Source: Eutreptiella sp. 'Long Island Sound 2002' (Eukaryota > Protista > Euglenida). Taken from it: DNA of 64,000 nt. Location of the stretch: positions 24,800,001 through 24,864,000 of the forward strand of contig OZ038379.1 in NCBI GenBank assembly GCA_964036045.1, written 5' to 3'. Positions 1 through 12,968 of this stretch are shown one piece after another. The notes below the pieces were generated by a model. That model had not been told where the DNA came from, made no database searches, and saw nothing but the letters and a program-made list of their open reading frames with translations. Numbering within the stretch: the first letter of the stretch is position 1; the number at the start of each line of letters is the position of its first letter. The translations under genes were made by a program, and so were the position numbers.

Positions 1-469
1 CGGAGGACTTTCCAATTTGACCACCGACTAGGCTTTTGTTCTGGGTCTTGACTAACTCTCGACACCACGTCATTCACAGCCCAGCGCACATACACATACA
101 CATGCACATACAAAGTTCATGAGGAGTTTCTCCAAACACTCTTCTTTGCTTTATTCTTGTCTCACGGTTCTCAATGTGCGTGTGTGTGTGTGTGTGTGAC
201 TATCCGTGCTTGCTAAGGATAGGTGCATGTAGGCAGATTTACATGTGTGTGTATGTGCATATGTGTGTATGTGTATATGTATATGTCCCGGACGTCCTTT
301 GGTCTACCGAAGAAAGCATAGTGCACAGTGCAATGCTTTGCGGGCGGATATTCTTCGCCAGACCTGAAAAAATCCACGGAGGAGTTCGTGTCCTGAATTA
401 CCCGTGCCATGCTGAATAATTGGAAATTGTGTTAGGTGCTTCCATCCAACCACACACACACAAGAAAAT

Positions 470-2750
470 TCACAATGTGGGCTGAGAGTTATGGCTTGGT
501 GCAAGCCCGAAGGAGGTGAATGTTGGTGCACCACGCCGGGGCGTAGCCCTCAGGCTGAAAAACCAGCGGGGTGATGGTGTCGGTGTAAGTCCGCTGGTGC
601 CATTTTGCATTGCTGTGGAGTTAGTGGAGCAGTTGGGTTGCCATGCGATGCCGTGCCCACTGCTAGTGATGGGCAATGGCTTACACCGCCCGCATTGTGT
701 TTTCGGCGCTTCCACGGAGAAGCCGAATACACACAGCGCACTGCTTTGTGCTGTGCCCTCATGACCACCATGCGTGCGTAATCGCTTCCCATGGCGACCT
801 GTGCCACCGCCAGGGCTGTCAAAATTGTGCTGCCCATGTTGTTTGCCACGGGAGGGCGGCTGTTAGGCTACTAACCATTCGCTGGGAGCTCTGTGTGGGG
901 TAATGAGGGGTTTCCCGTAGCGGAGGGACCAGTCGGGGTTCAGGGTGAAGGGGTGTGTGGAGCTCAGGCCAACGCCGTAACAGCACTGCTCCCCTGCATC
1001 CAAGCAGTTGCACAGGCCCTCCAGGTCCGAAAATCTCTGACAGCGTATCACATACCTCCTGTATCATCGAGGTGCTGGCACCCGGGTTAAGGTTTGTGGC
1101 AAGCAGAATGTTGTCATGAAACTGGCTGAGACTGAACCATACAGCGCACATAGTCCAAAAAATGCACCCTTCCACGGAAACATTCACTGTCCCCCAATTT
1201 CGTAACCACTTCCCGCCTTCTTAACATTCCATAGTGTGTGGAGATCTGCGCTTTGCGCTGAGAAGGGCCCTCCCATTGGTATGCTGGTCGTGCGACTCCA
1301 TATCGTACCAACTGCTTGCAGCACATTGTTACAGAGAAGTTCAAATTTCAGCAGGCCTGTGAGGAGGTCATGTGACATAGTCCAGAATTTGTCACTGTTA
1401 GCAACCACGCCTGATCCAATTTTGGTGTGTCCTGGTTGATGGACCATTGCGGATTGACTTGGCGCCATTTCCGTTTCTTGTGCAACCAGCGTGACGTCGC
1501 AGAAAAAGATTGAATTATAGCCTTTCGTGGGATGTTACCAAATTGGTTCTTGCAGTCCATTCCCGGGATGGAGCGAGCTCCCTTATCGGCACCCAATTGG
1601 AACCACCTAGACACCTGTGTGATGTCTGCACACTGAAAATGATGTGAAATCTCTGCCTTTGAATGCAGGTGAAGGAAAGGGCAGGTAGCCGCAGCACTGG
1701 GGCTGGGGAGGCCGAAATGCCCCGGAATACCCATTTCTCTGTGCGCAGGGACTTTGCCTTTGCAAGCACATACAACACACATAGCTTGCCACAATCACTA
1801 TGTGTCGGTTCCATATCCCCTACCACGTTGGAGATTGCCTGGTCCCATTGCGCGTGCAACCACTGTGTGTCCAAAAACTTTGCAGTCACCAACACACGCG
1901 CGCGCGCGCACACACACACACACACACAAACGATACATACACAAAGTGGGGGCAGCGAACAAAAGTGCAGTGGGAATATTCTTCAGACTTATGCAGCAAG
2001 ACTAAGCGACCTTCTTGAGGTGAACAGGACAGCGAATGTTGTGACCCGTTTTGCAGCGGATCGCTTGATGATCGGCCTGCATGCTATGCAACCGCGGCCT
2101 ACATTTCCTATGAGGCTGGTGCAGTAAATCACCTAGTCACAGTCAGCAGCAATCGAAGCATGATGGTCCTTGAGCAGGTACAAAGAGCAGGAATGGTTTG
2201 TCGCATACGGTTGCCTCAACTACAGGCTCCACAATGCATGCAATCTTGTTCCCGGCGGAGACCATGAATCTGAAAATAGCACATGATACAGCACACATAC
2301 GCGCACAAACACACGCACGCACGCACGCACGCACGCACAGGCCACTACACTGAGTGGTGGTGTGAGAGCACATACCTCTTCCACACCGATGATAACAATG
2401 TACAGGGCAGCAGGTCCGTACGTCGGATCATTTGCCAAGGCTTTGAGAAGTTTAATGGCCACGTCCTTTGTGCGTGCATTGGTATCCGCAGATTTCACCA
2501 CCTGTTTAGACGGGGTTTGCCAACATTTTCACAACACAAATGCAAAGAACCAAACGTGCGCCTTTTGCGATCGCCAACTCTGAATCATTGTGACGCCCAC
2601 CATAACGAACCTGCCATGGGGTCACTGTTGACCCCCCATGTGGTCACACCCATCCTCATGGAAAGATGCATCCTGAGACATTATGAGACGTGCACTCGGC
2701 TAGCATACCAGGTCTTGCAGGCAGGGACTGAGGGTCGCCATTAGCTGCTG
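470..2750 (-). mobile_element. Degenerate Penelope-like element (PLE) reverse transcriptase
   Basis: Ordered RT motifs across frameshifts: LYVLAKAKSL..FRGISASP (PLE Y.LPK.HK..RPI), MDCKNQFGNIP (motif A), SIPMGGPFSAQSADL (motif B), QFHDNILLA (motif C). Interrupted by (CA)n/(GCAC)n tracts. Boundaries approximate. Confidence 0.6.
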
Positions 2751-4867
2751 CGGGGCTAACTGAGTTTCCATGCAGCTCATTACCTCCAAGAGTTCACAGG
2801 AACTGTAAAATACGTTGGCTACGGTGTCTTTCAAGCCATTTCCTGCAAATCATAGTCCAATGGGAGATTCGCTTCGAGGTTGGGCATGGGGGGAAGGAGG
2901 CTGCAGCTCCTAATATTAAGATCTAATCTTAAAGGAAAATGGTCACAGTGACATATTGTCCGGGTGGACTGCTTGCTGCTGCCCGCACTCACAGACAGAC
3001 ACGGGCCCTCAGCTCCCTCCTACTCCCCCCGACTCCTTCCCGCACCCTCGCCCTCCCTCCCACACCCTGCTACTCACCACCTCTCCCTTCCCCACCCCAG
3101 GAGCAGTCGATCTGTGCATGGGGCACTGACTCCCCGAATTACGGGGGGCAGCCCCATTTTTGTACGCGCCCTATTCGCTGCCTCCTCTGCCCAGCCCCAG
3201 TGCGGGTGGGACCGGAGGCTTGTCAAGATGAGTGAGGGCTACGGCCCCAGGGGCACGTTTGACCATGAACACGCTGCAGCAGAGCCCTGTCGCATCGCGA
3301 GTTGTATCGACTGGACTCCGAGCACCGGTTCACTTGCGTCCATGGGGGGATGGGGGGGGCAGACATGGAAAATCCTGTCGCTAGACCTCCCCATGCTCCT
3401 CAGCACTGCCTCACGCCCTCTCACACCCCTACCTCCCACTACTCCAATACTCCACGGGTGGATTTGGCAGTGGCCCACAGTACAAAGGGGGGCGGGGCGG
3501 GGCGGTGGGGGGGTGATTTGCCGCTGTCGCATGTTCCAGCAGCATGCACCCCCTTATCATGTGCACCTGCCGGCCCGGTGAGGGCTCCAGGGGCTGGTAG
3601 CCCTACCAGACATTTCTGACCGCAGGCACCCCACCACAAGCCGCAGGCCCAAGACGGAGGGAGCCCCCTGGGCTTCATCTGATGCACAGCAGTTGCTTGC
3701 AGGTGGACACCTGACCCATCCCCCCTGGGTCCCCCACGCAGACGTCCTGCAAATTCCTGGGTCTTTTGGCCTCAGTGGCTTCTTGTTTGTCTGCCTGTGT
3801 CATTGGACCCTCTCAGGCCTTTTGCTTGGGTGGGAGACTTTGGCATAACGGCACAATGGCGAACCCGATGTGTTCCGCGCCAATGAGCCTTTGTATGTGC
3901 AGTAAGAACGGATACATGTCACGTACGAGCTGAAACGGGTTTCGGATGAGGGTCAGGTTTTTCTCCATTCATTGTCCAGAGGCAGCAGGACAGCGGGATG
4001 GGCCCAGCGTGCGGACGGTGGTGGCAGTCTGCTGTTCCACTGCTGCCGGCTCACGGATAGGGCCTGTCTCGCCGTACTGCTGCCGCCGCTGGCCTGTGTG
4101 TATAGGGCCCGCCGCCGCCGCTGCCGGTGATCTGCGTGCAGGCTCTGTTCTCCCACTCCCTCCCACTCCCTCCCACTCCCTCCCACTCCCTCTTGCCCAC
4201 GAAGAGCAACACCAATATCCCAGCAGGGCCAGCAGAGGGGAACAACCAGGATTCTTTGGTGAACCGCAGTGGCAGGCAACCAAAGGAAGGTAACAATAGC
4301 ACCAGCAACGTTCACTCCACTTCCCTTCAGTTCACTAGGAGGACAAGAGCTAAGCCCCGCCATAGGGGAACCAAGTCAAGTTCATCCCTGCCGCACTCTG
4401 CCTTCCTCCAGTAGACCATTGCACAGTGCGATGCATACCCAGGGGTACCTCTGCATGCAACTACCTCCCTGCCGACCATGGACCATTCAGGAGACCGTCC
4501 GGGGGGACAAGGTGGGTGTTGCTCATTTCCTCGCTGGCAGTCAGCAGCCTGGGTCCCCCGACTATGATAGGGTTGTCCTCACTCACAGATGCACTGACTC
4601 ACCCACTCAGTCCCACTCCCTCCCACTTGCACTCCGCCCACTCCATCCCACTCCCATCCCTCCCTCCCACTCTGCCCCCCCCCCCAACAATCCCACTCCC
4701 TCTCACCCCCTCGCACTCCCCTCCACCCGACTTTGGGGCTCACTGCGCCCTTTGGGGCACCGTGTTCCTACCCTCTCCGCCTCAATTGCCCACAGGGTTT
4801 TCAGTCAATTTCCCCGGTTTCTCTCAATTCTTCCCCCTTGAGACCCAGGTTACCACGGGGATCATAC

Positions 4868-4958
4868 CTTTACTGACCAGGAACCGGCAGGACAACTGGA
4901 ACACGTTGGCGTAGGGCACCCCAAATGGCTGCTTGGCAGCAATACGCCTGGCAATGGC
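4868..4958 (-). CDS. CEP104: CEP104 coding exon 9 (TOG domain); gene continues left of the window
   Basis: Acceptor TTTCTTCTCAG|GCC (phase 0), donor G|GTATGA; AIARRIAAKQPFGVPYANVFQLSCRFLVSK-G (not in the ORF track). I found no convincing further exon in 1-4867. Confidence 0.8.
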
Positions 4959-5874
4959 CTGAGAAGAAAGCTAGTGAAGGTCAGTGGTACACAGAGCCCT
5001 TGCAGGCCGGACCGCCCGCGTCTCATGTCCTCCCACCTGCCGTACCCATGGCCGTCCAAGCAGATGTTGAGTGCAGGAGGGTCTATGGGCCCAGAATCTG
5101 CTAACCCCGCAAACCACTGCTGCCCCTCCAGTCGCCCTTGCACCAGCCGCTGCAGAGAGGGGGTAGGCTTGAGATGAACAGTGCAAAAATGACGCGGCCG
5201 AGCTGTGTATTGCACGAAGTTCTGCACGCGAGAACTGCAAGGGTACGAACCACCCTGCCGATTGCCCAGCAGGAGTTCGCATCACAAATGACAGGTCCAG
5301 GGGTGGGGGATTGAGGTGTCTTGACTGGGCCCACCACCGGGAGGACTGCAGGAAGGACAGAAAAGAGAACTGGACACCGGTTCTCGAGGCGAGTGTCATC
5401 AGGCCCATGCGAACAGCAGTGGGAGAGCGGCTCTAAATATGAGGTCACTGAGGCCAGCAGGCATGCGCAAGCCGAAGCACCGGCCACGGTGCCAGGAAAG
5501 TGGAGACAGTGTGGCAAGGAAAGGAACAAGAACGTGCCCAATGAACGCAGGGATGGGGGCGCCCCTTAGCACCCATTCAGGAGGTGAATGCCATCAGTCC
5601 CGCCCAATCAACTCTCCCCCCCCCGAAAAAAAAAACAAGGGCTAGGCACAAGATACAGGCAGAAAGAGCCACAAGAATCACACCATCATCGCCACCAGAA
5701 GGTCGAGGAGTGAAGGATGAGGACAGTAACAGAACAGAGGCCCTCGAAACCGTGTCCTGAGGCGGCCAATAAGAGGGGGAAATGGCTGTAGACACCAGAC
5801 CACTACTAGCAGGTCCAAAAATAGCAGGGCTGGAGGGTGAGAATCTGGTGAGGGACGCGGGAATGGCGCCATAC

Positions 5875-6008
5875 CTTCAAAGCCATTTCACGGAGTTGCC
5901 ACCGTTTAGACAATAGACACTCCACGAATACATCACCGAAAGCCTCGGCGTACAACTTGGCCTCGGAAGCCTTGGACTCCGGCAAATCTTCCACAAGATG
6001 CCTCGATT
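5875..6008 (-). CDS. CEP104: CEP104 coding exon 8 (start of TOG domain)
   Basis: Acceptor GTGCAG|AA, donor AAG|GTATGG; EDLPESKASEAKLYAEAFGDVFVECLLSKRWQLREMALK matches CEP104 EPL.E....A....+.FG..+V...+SK.W..RE.AL. Confidence 0.9.
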
Positions 6009-6420
6009 CTGCACAACGTCGGGCAAAATGGTCCGAGACCCCACACCAACGGACAGGCACACAGAATTGAGCGTGAGCACGGAGTCCTTGCGGGGCGGCA
6101 CGTGGAGTCAATTTGAGGCTGGGATACAGAGATTGCAGGAGACTGTGCGGTGTGCATGACTTTTCCACTCATGCTGGACGGTCCAACCCAAGGGGGGCCG
6201 CCTGTTCGAATATTGACACCCAACTGTGTCAGAGAACCTTTAGGGATCCGAGGGGGGGCCTCAACATGGTCAGGTTGTAGTGTCCGCATTAGGCTCTGGC
6301 CGCGCCTGCCCCACGGCTGTCATTGCCTTCTGTCCTTCATGCCAGTATGTGGAGCGTCCACAGTGCGACAGTTGATCAAAAGTTCATCCCTTGACCCTAT
6401 ACTAGCTATCCGGGCTCTAC

Positions 6421-6870
6421 TGCAGGGGGGGGGGGGGGCAGGTGGGTCGGCCAGGCAGCCGCCGGGTCCCGGGGGGGGGGGGGTTCCCCAACATACATAC
6501 CTCAAAATGATCCCCATTACGCGCTGCTCATTTTGAACGTACACAGCTGGGGTAAAACATTTTTTCAAAAAAATTTGCCCATCAGCTCAGGCTCCCATCA
6601 GCCAAGACTGGACCCAGAGGTCGGGTCGGGGGGTCAATTTTTTCTTTGTGTTTTTCACCCATTTTTCAATTCTCCACAAAATTCTGAGTATTTTGAGTAT
6701 AGACAAATAGGGTAAAAAAATTTCCCCTTGGGAGGCGACAAAAAAAATCGGTGCCAACAGCATCCCCCAAAATCTCAAATTGCAGAAATCTGGATCCGAG
6801 AACTTTGGGGGGTCTGGAGGGGGTGGGGGGGGGGGGGGGGTCTGGATTCGAACAGGCCGCCCCCCTTAGC
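6421..6870. mobile_element. Non-coding MITE-like repeat bounded by G-runs
   Basis: AT-rich core between poly-G tracts; internal GGGTAAAA..TTT repeats; AAATGATCC motif also seen near 15516 and 19358. Confidence 0.35.
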
Positions 6871-8312
6871 CCAACCCACCCACTATGCTGAAACTGTGCT
6901 GGCTCTATCTGTTAGCTGGTTTTCTTGAGTATGTTGCCTACCATGAGCTTCACGGAAATGGCAACTCAGCACCACAACCCGGTGGAAATAGTCTAAGGAG
7001 TACAGGGGAAGGGCAAGGGAAGAGACCACACACACACACACACACACACACAAAGTGCGGCAATGCAAAAAGCAAGACTTCTTCAGCAAGAATTCATGAA
7101 CTCTGGAGTGTCACCAAGAAAACAGAAATGTGCAATGAGAAATAGGCATTTGATGTGCAGGGTATGGTGTACGTAAACTTCATTTAATTTCTATATTAGC
7201 TTTGGCCAAGTTGCACTGATGTAAGCAAACCAAAATGGACTAGGTGGATAAACACACAAGTGGAGGGATGGGTCAAACCAGAAGCTCACACATACACAAA
7301 ATTCTTGCATGGGCATTTTGGCAGCGGGATAGTATGCAATATTACAAAAGGAGGCAATAGCAGTAGTTCCATCTAATTTGTGGGGTAGTGAGTGTATGTC
7401 CAATGAATGTTTCTTCCAGTCGCACGTACAAATTATGATTGTTGTAATCATGAAAATTATGGGGAAAATGACCGTGACTATTATGTGAGGCTCTCCCAGG
7501 TTCATGCAACCAAAGGGTTGTCAGGGCTCTCAGCATCACCAGTTTGGTGATGCCCACCGCATGTGCCATCCAATGGAATCCCAGCTTTTTTGTATTGTGG
7601 CTTTTTGGCTTTTTCTAACCCTACTCACTGCTCGAGCCTCAAATCTAAATCAAAAGCATTCGTCAACCACATTACATGCAAGTTGATGTGTTGGCTATGG
7701 TGCAGGGATAGCACCATTGAAACAAAAGGACATATATGCTTTATGAGTACTTCATGCCACTTTTCAGACCGCATCCGCTTCCAAGCAATAAAATGACAGG
7801 TCTGCATCACAAGAGGTATGCAAAATGAACATGCAATGCCACAGATTGTCAGGATGCACTCAACAATGCACTTCCATCATGCAAAGATGCCAAACTGACG
7901 TGTGTGGTCGGGGTGGCACCGTCAAAATACATCTTCTATTCCCCACCATCAACCAATGCACACTGGAGGTCGAGTGAAAAAATCGGAGGAAAAGCATCCA
8001 GATGGGGTAGCAAGGTACCCATTTGAGTCGGATCCAGAATTTTGGTTTGTTTTGAGAGGTCCATGTGCTTGCTCACGTACTTCCATACCTTGGCATGTGC
8101 ATGAACCACAAGAACTCCAGCACACCACATTGGGCAACAACTATTTTTCTCTGTCAGTTTGTCTTTCCAAATGCTGTGTTTGTCATGTTCAAAATTAAAA
8201 TCAAAATCATGAATTTCCAATATATTCCCCTTTCTCAGGCCCTTGCTGCAACTTGGTCCTGTGCTACTCCTTTTGCTTTGTGTTCTTGCGTCATACGGGC
8301 TATTTTGTCTAT

Positions 8313-9065
8313 GGGGGAGTCTTTGCACTGCGCGCGCACTGCGCGCTACTTTTAGACTATGTTCCCCCCGAAGAGCCCCCAAGCACACCCCTTGGAAACG
8401 CCCTTAGAATTAGGTGACCCAAACTGCCCATCAAATTTCAGCGACAACACCATTCAAGTAAGAACGAACACGATGCACACTTGCCCACCAAGCCTCCTCA
8501 GAGCACCCTGTTGCTCCAGAGAGGAGATGAGCACACCTTTGAGGTGGAGTGTGCTTGAGGAAGAAAAAGAAGCGGAACAAATGTTCGCGTGGAAGTAAAT
8601 CATCATGCCCATACTTTAGCCAAAACTCCTCGGCAGAGTGGGCATCAATACCCATATAACTGACTTGCGTCCTTAGGGACCAAGTTCCACCACAACGCTT
8701 AATCCACCACTCAACACCATCTTTTTGCGGGTCAAGAGGGTGAGCTCCGGTGCTTTTCTCATGCACATGGAGCAACATCTCCAGGATCTTGTCTTCCGTT
8801 TGTTTGTTCAAGCGTGGATTCAAAAGATTGTCCCGGTTTCCTCAATAGCACCGGAAGGTTGGGGCCCAAAAGAGGGCGGAAATACTACATCACCCCTGCA
8901 TTCTTGGGGGTCCCCAACAAAGGGGGACAAAATCAGAACTCAAAACCTCCGCTACGGGTCACCATGATGCCCCGAGGGGCCCCTAGTATCTCAAAGTATG
9001 GGTCTCTAGTACGGCCAGACGCCCAAATAGTTGCACTCCGCGCGCACTGCGCTTGAGGCGCCCCC
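8313..9065 (-). mobile_element. PIF/Harbinger-like non-autonomous element (family A) carrying a transposase fragment
   Basis: Ends GGGGGAGTC / GGCGCCCCC, 3-bp TSD TAT on both sides, subterminal GCGCGCACTGC repeats; both ends homologous to 57576-58533. Confidence 0.75.
8431..8823 (-). pseudogene. Harbinger/ISL2EU-like transposase N-terminal fragment
   Basis: REHLFRFFFFLKHTP..ATGCSEEAWWASVHRVRSYL resembles the HL+W.L.FLK.Y...G..E.+..+WV segment of DDE_Tnp_4-type transposases; lies inside family A ends. Confidence 0.5.
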
Positions 9066-11387
9066 TATAAATAGGACACTCCTCATACATTTTCGCCTCA
9101 TGAATGCAAGTTGTTCATGTCAAAACGGGACGTGGGCCGCCTTGGCTAGGAATCAGATGCCAAATCATCAAAGAAGATTTGGGACACGAGAAATCTTCGT
9201 GCGGCACACCTGGTGGCATGTAAGAAGGCCTTTGACGAAAACATGTATGATGGTGACCTACAATCTCTTGAAAAAAAGGTATCTAAGAGTCCGAAATGAA
9301 AAAATGGGGAACCCCCAAGTTATCCGTCGATTTTTGGCCAACCAAGTACCTTGGAAGCTTGGTACTTGCACCACATAGCAGCGCCGCGTACCCCCATCAT
9401 ACCAAGGTACTATGCTGCCGGTTGGATGCGGATAGTGGGCACTGTCACCAATTATTGTTTCTTGCTGTTGTCTTGGGCTGTATGTTTGCCCATTGGTAAC
9501 AAAGAAAGACAACAACGAGGGGAAAGGATTATGACAACACATGCAATGTGGACAGAAGGTGGGGTGAAGTTGGTTCTTTCCATGTAAACCCATAGTAGTG
9601 GCAGTGGGGTCAACTGCCCTTTTTTGTGCAATTCCTACCAATAGCCGTTGAGGGGCGACGTGCCCTTTTCCATCCACCCATACAAATGGCAATTGAGGGG
9701 CCACCTGACCTTTGGTGTTCATAGACTTTCACCCAAAATTTGATAAAAACTACAAAAATAATGGAAAAATTACGGTAATTATGGAAATGACAGAAATTAT
9801 GAAAAATCACAATCGTTGTTTGTACTTGTCCCTGAAGTTTCTTTGCACCACACTCGTGGACAGACGTGCATTGATTTGGCAAATTCTGATTTTTTGCTCT
9901 GATTTGCGTACCTGAAGTTTCTGAAGGGCGTTTGAATCCATGTCAGCAGTACACATTGGGATATTTATGTAGTTAAGAAGAAGTTTGGATTGGGTAGATG
10001 TCTTTTGAATCCCCCCCCCACGGTAGTGTCTGAAACGTTGGATAGCACGATAGTGTCAGTGGCCACCTTGAGGAGGTGATGGTTTTGGAGTAGATCTTGA
10101 TGAACCGATGCACCATGAAAAAAAGAAGAATGCCAAATGTTTGCAGAGGAAACGAGTTTCGTTGTACCCCTCAGGATGCAGAGAAGAAAGGCAAAATGAT
10201 GGAGCATGGACAGGTTGTAGTACTCAGCTATGTGAAAGAGGCAATACGGTCAGTCTTGGCTGGGACATAAGAAAATTTTCTTGGACAGCAGGAGGGCAGA
10301 AAATTGATTGGTTGGGTCACAAAACAGCAACACCGTATTGATCCAAAGCAAAGCAGAGGAAGGAGTGATTGAGTCAAAGGCTGAGGGAACATTTTTAACA
10401 GCACGGGGAATGGCATCCCAGAATTAGTGCAGCATAACTGTGTGTGAAGGTGCAGAAGAAAGATAAATTGTTTGAGAGTGATTGGCTGGTGCAAGGGTGC
10501 GGTTTTGGGTGAAATGACAGTATTTTATGGAAGTTTCAAAACAATGTGTCCCATGGCGGAAATAAATAGTCTGTGCATTTGTGGTATGCTGTTTTTTTAC
10601 CTGCGATTACCACCAAGAGTGGGATTAATGGATATGTTGCACCTCCCAAACAGTGTGAGCTAAAATTGGGAAACATCGTAGGGTGTGTTTGCAAATGGGA
10701 CGACTGAGCAAAAAGATTGGCAACAATATCATGGACAGTGGATTTGACATACATGGCGTCATGTGCTGGATATCTTCGCAATGGAAATCATGGGGACAAA
10801 AAAAGGAAAAAAGCAAAAAGTTTTCAATGTTCAATGAATATCTGGTCCACAGCAATAAACTTGGAACTGTAACAAAGTTTTCGACATACTGACACAACCT
10901 TGAGCATGTGGCAATGCATTAAAACTGATGCTGCTGTCATTCTCTACTAGCAAGATGTTGGCATTCTGTGAGGACAGTTTGCTGCCATTGGAGACGCAAA
11001 AGAACTGCGTCTAGATTTCGGGTCCCAAAAGGAAAAACATCATTGAGACATGACTTGGCAACAACAGAGTAACGGCAGTAACAAGATCACAGTGAGCGTA
11101 GTTTGCGTGCAGGTTGCAAAAAAAATTACATATACGGGGGGGGCCAAATGGCTGCGTTTAAGTAAAGGAAACATGCGATCAAGATCATGTTCAAAGGCAA
11201 TGACAAGAAACCCCCATTGATGGTCTTGTGGCACCCGCACAGTCGGCAAGCCCACCTTCAGGAAAGCCCGCCTCCCCATCCCCTGGTGTGCACAACCGGC
11301 CCATAGGTGCGCAGGGCCAGGGCTCACAGGAGGGCTGAAGCAGGAGGGAGACCCCAAACCCCTCCTCTGTAGCTGCAAGGGAAAATG

Positions 11388-12425
11388 GCAACCCTACCCT
11401 TCGCTGGCAGGGAGACAGCTAACCTTACTCCATGCTGGGAGGCACGACAACTGGCCTTACCCCTAGCCGGTAACGGCAAGCATCAACCCTTAAGCCATAG
11501 CGCAAAGGGGCAATCAGTGTGTTCACACACAGGGGGTGGAAATGCAGTGAGTGAGATACATTCATGTTAGAAGGATATGGCACATACACTCCTCCACAAT
11601 ATCCGTGTAGATCGCCGTGGTGTGCATATTATGCAACAAGCATTTACTGAAAAAAAAATAGGACACTCGGAAAGTGTAAGCTGCCATAGGTGTTCCCCAC
11701 ACCTGCACGTTAGTGGCAATGTGGCACGTGTGGTGGCATTGGGCAAACCAGCCCCTCAAAAGGAGGGCCGCCGATGACCGTGTGCTAACCCTCACCCTGG
11801 CACCGAAAAAGAAAAAAGCCGCGACAGCCCTGCTTGTGGTGGGTGTGCATCTGTTTGTGGTATGTCATACATGGGGCACCCAAGGAGTTGTGTGTTCACC
11901 AGTAGGGACTGGAAAGGAGTGCGAGCTGGTTGGGGTAAGGGGTGTATATGTGTGTTGTGTGTCGTTGAGGGTCCCGCAAAAAAAGCGTACAACACCAAGT
12001 GTTCCCAAGTGGTCTCCCACCTCGGTACTGACAGAGCCTAATGAGGCTTACCTTCCGAAATTGGACAGGTTCAGGTGCAGCACCAGCCTTCGGCGGACAT
12101 TCGGGGCACGCCCGATCTTGTCGCACAAGCACCGTGGGCTAGCCTCCCTGAGGCCCTGGCGTGTGGCATCAGCCCGTACGTGCGCAGGGCCAGTGCTCAC
12201 CGGAGGGCTGAAGAGGGGGAGAAACCGCGAACTTGTCCCCCCCCCCCCCCTTGGCTACGACAGAAACCCTACCCCTCACCGGGAGAGGAGTGGATAGCCC
12301 TGCCCCTAATCAGAGACAACTAACCCTACCCCGAGCTGGGAGGTAGGACAACAAACCCTACCCCTAGCTGGTAACGGCACACACCCACCCCTCAGCCTCA
12401 CCACAAAGGGGCAGCCAGTGTGTAG
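11388..12425. repeat. Diverged direct repeats (~140-160 bp) rich in AACCCTACCC flanking ~740 bp
   Basis: 11388-11525 and ~12262-12425 share ..CCCCTAGC(C/T)GGTAACGGCA..CAAAGGGGCA(A/G)(T/C)CAGTGTGT. Confidence 0.55.
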
Positions 12426-12725
12426 GATGGAGGTGGTCCAGGTTGTCCGTTAGTGTAGTGGGGCATCGCCATCCCATCGTAGTTACACCCCCGCATAGAC
12501 TATGAGGTATGCACTCCTTGACCAGAGTGAGGGAACACAAACACAAACAGAAACACAACCACAAACGCAGGCTTGTACACGGACACGGACACAGACCCAA
12601 ACAAGACAGACACACTGATGCAAAGAGAGACACAGCCATAGCCACAGACATCTATGCACATTTACACACAGACAAACAGACATAAACAGACAGATGCACA
12701 CACACACACACACACACACACACAC

Positions 12726-12968
12726 CAGAATTCAGGCTCTCAATAATGCCAAACAAGTCAACTTCCCACTTTGCCTTGTCTTTGGGATCAAAGCGGGAAA
12801 ACGGGGCAGGCGGCCTCTCATCGTCAGTCTCTGCAGTGTGCTCTTCTTTTGATTCCATGTCAGCAGCGCTGGGGCCGCTGCCAGTGGTATGCACATCGCC
12901 GTTGGCCGCATTGTTGTCCTCATACCCATCCCTGCGCTCATGTGCAATGTAGTTTGTTGGCTCCACAG
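12726..12968 (-). CDS. CEP104: CEP104 coding exon 7 (acidic linker with DDERP)
   Basis: Acceptor CATGCAG|CT (phase 1), donor G|GTGTGT (phase 1); contains a DERP motif that precedes the TOG domain in CEP104 proteins. Confidence 0.72.

Noticed and set aside
250-470. CEP104 exon 10 candidate
   Set aside because: Available phase 1 acceptors give a stop or a peptide unlike the expected TOG continuation; more likely the PLE 3' end.
10600-10950. Ulp1/C48 protease remnant (GPQQ*TWNCNKVF)
   Set aside because: Only a partial Q..N..DCG resemblance among many stops.
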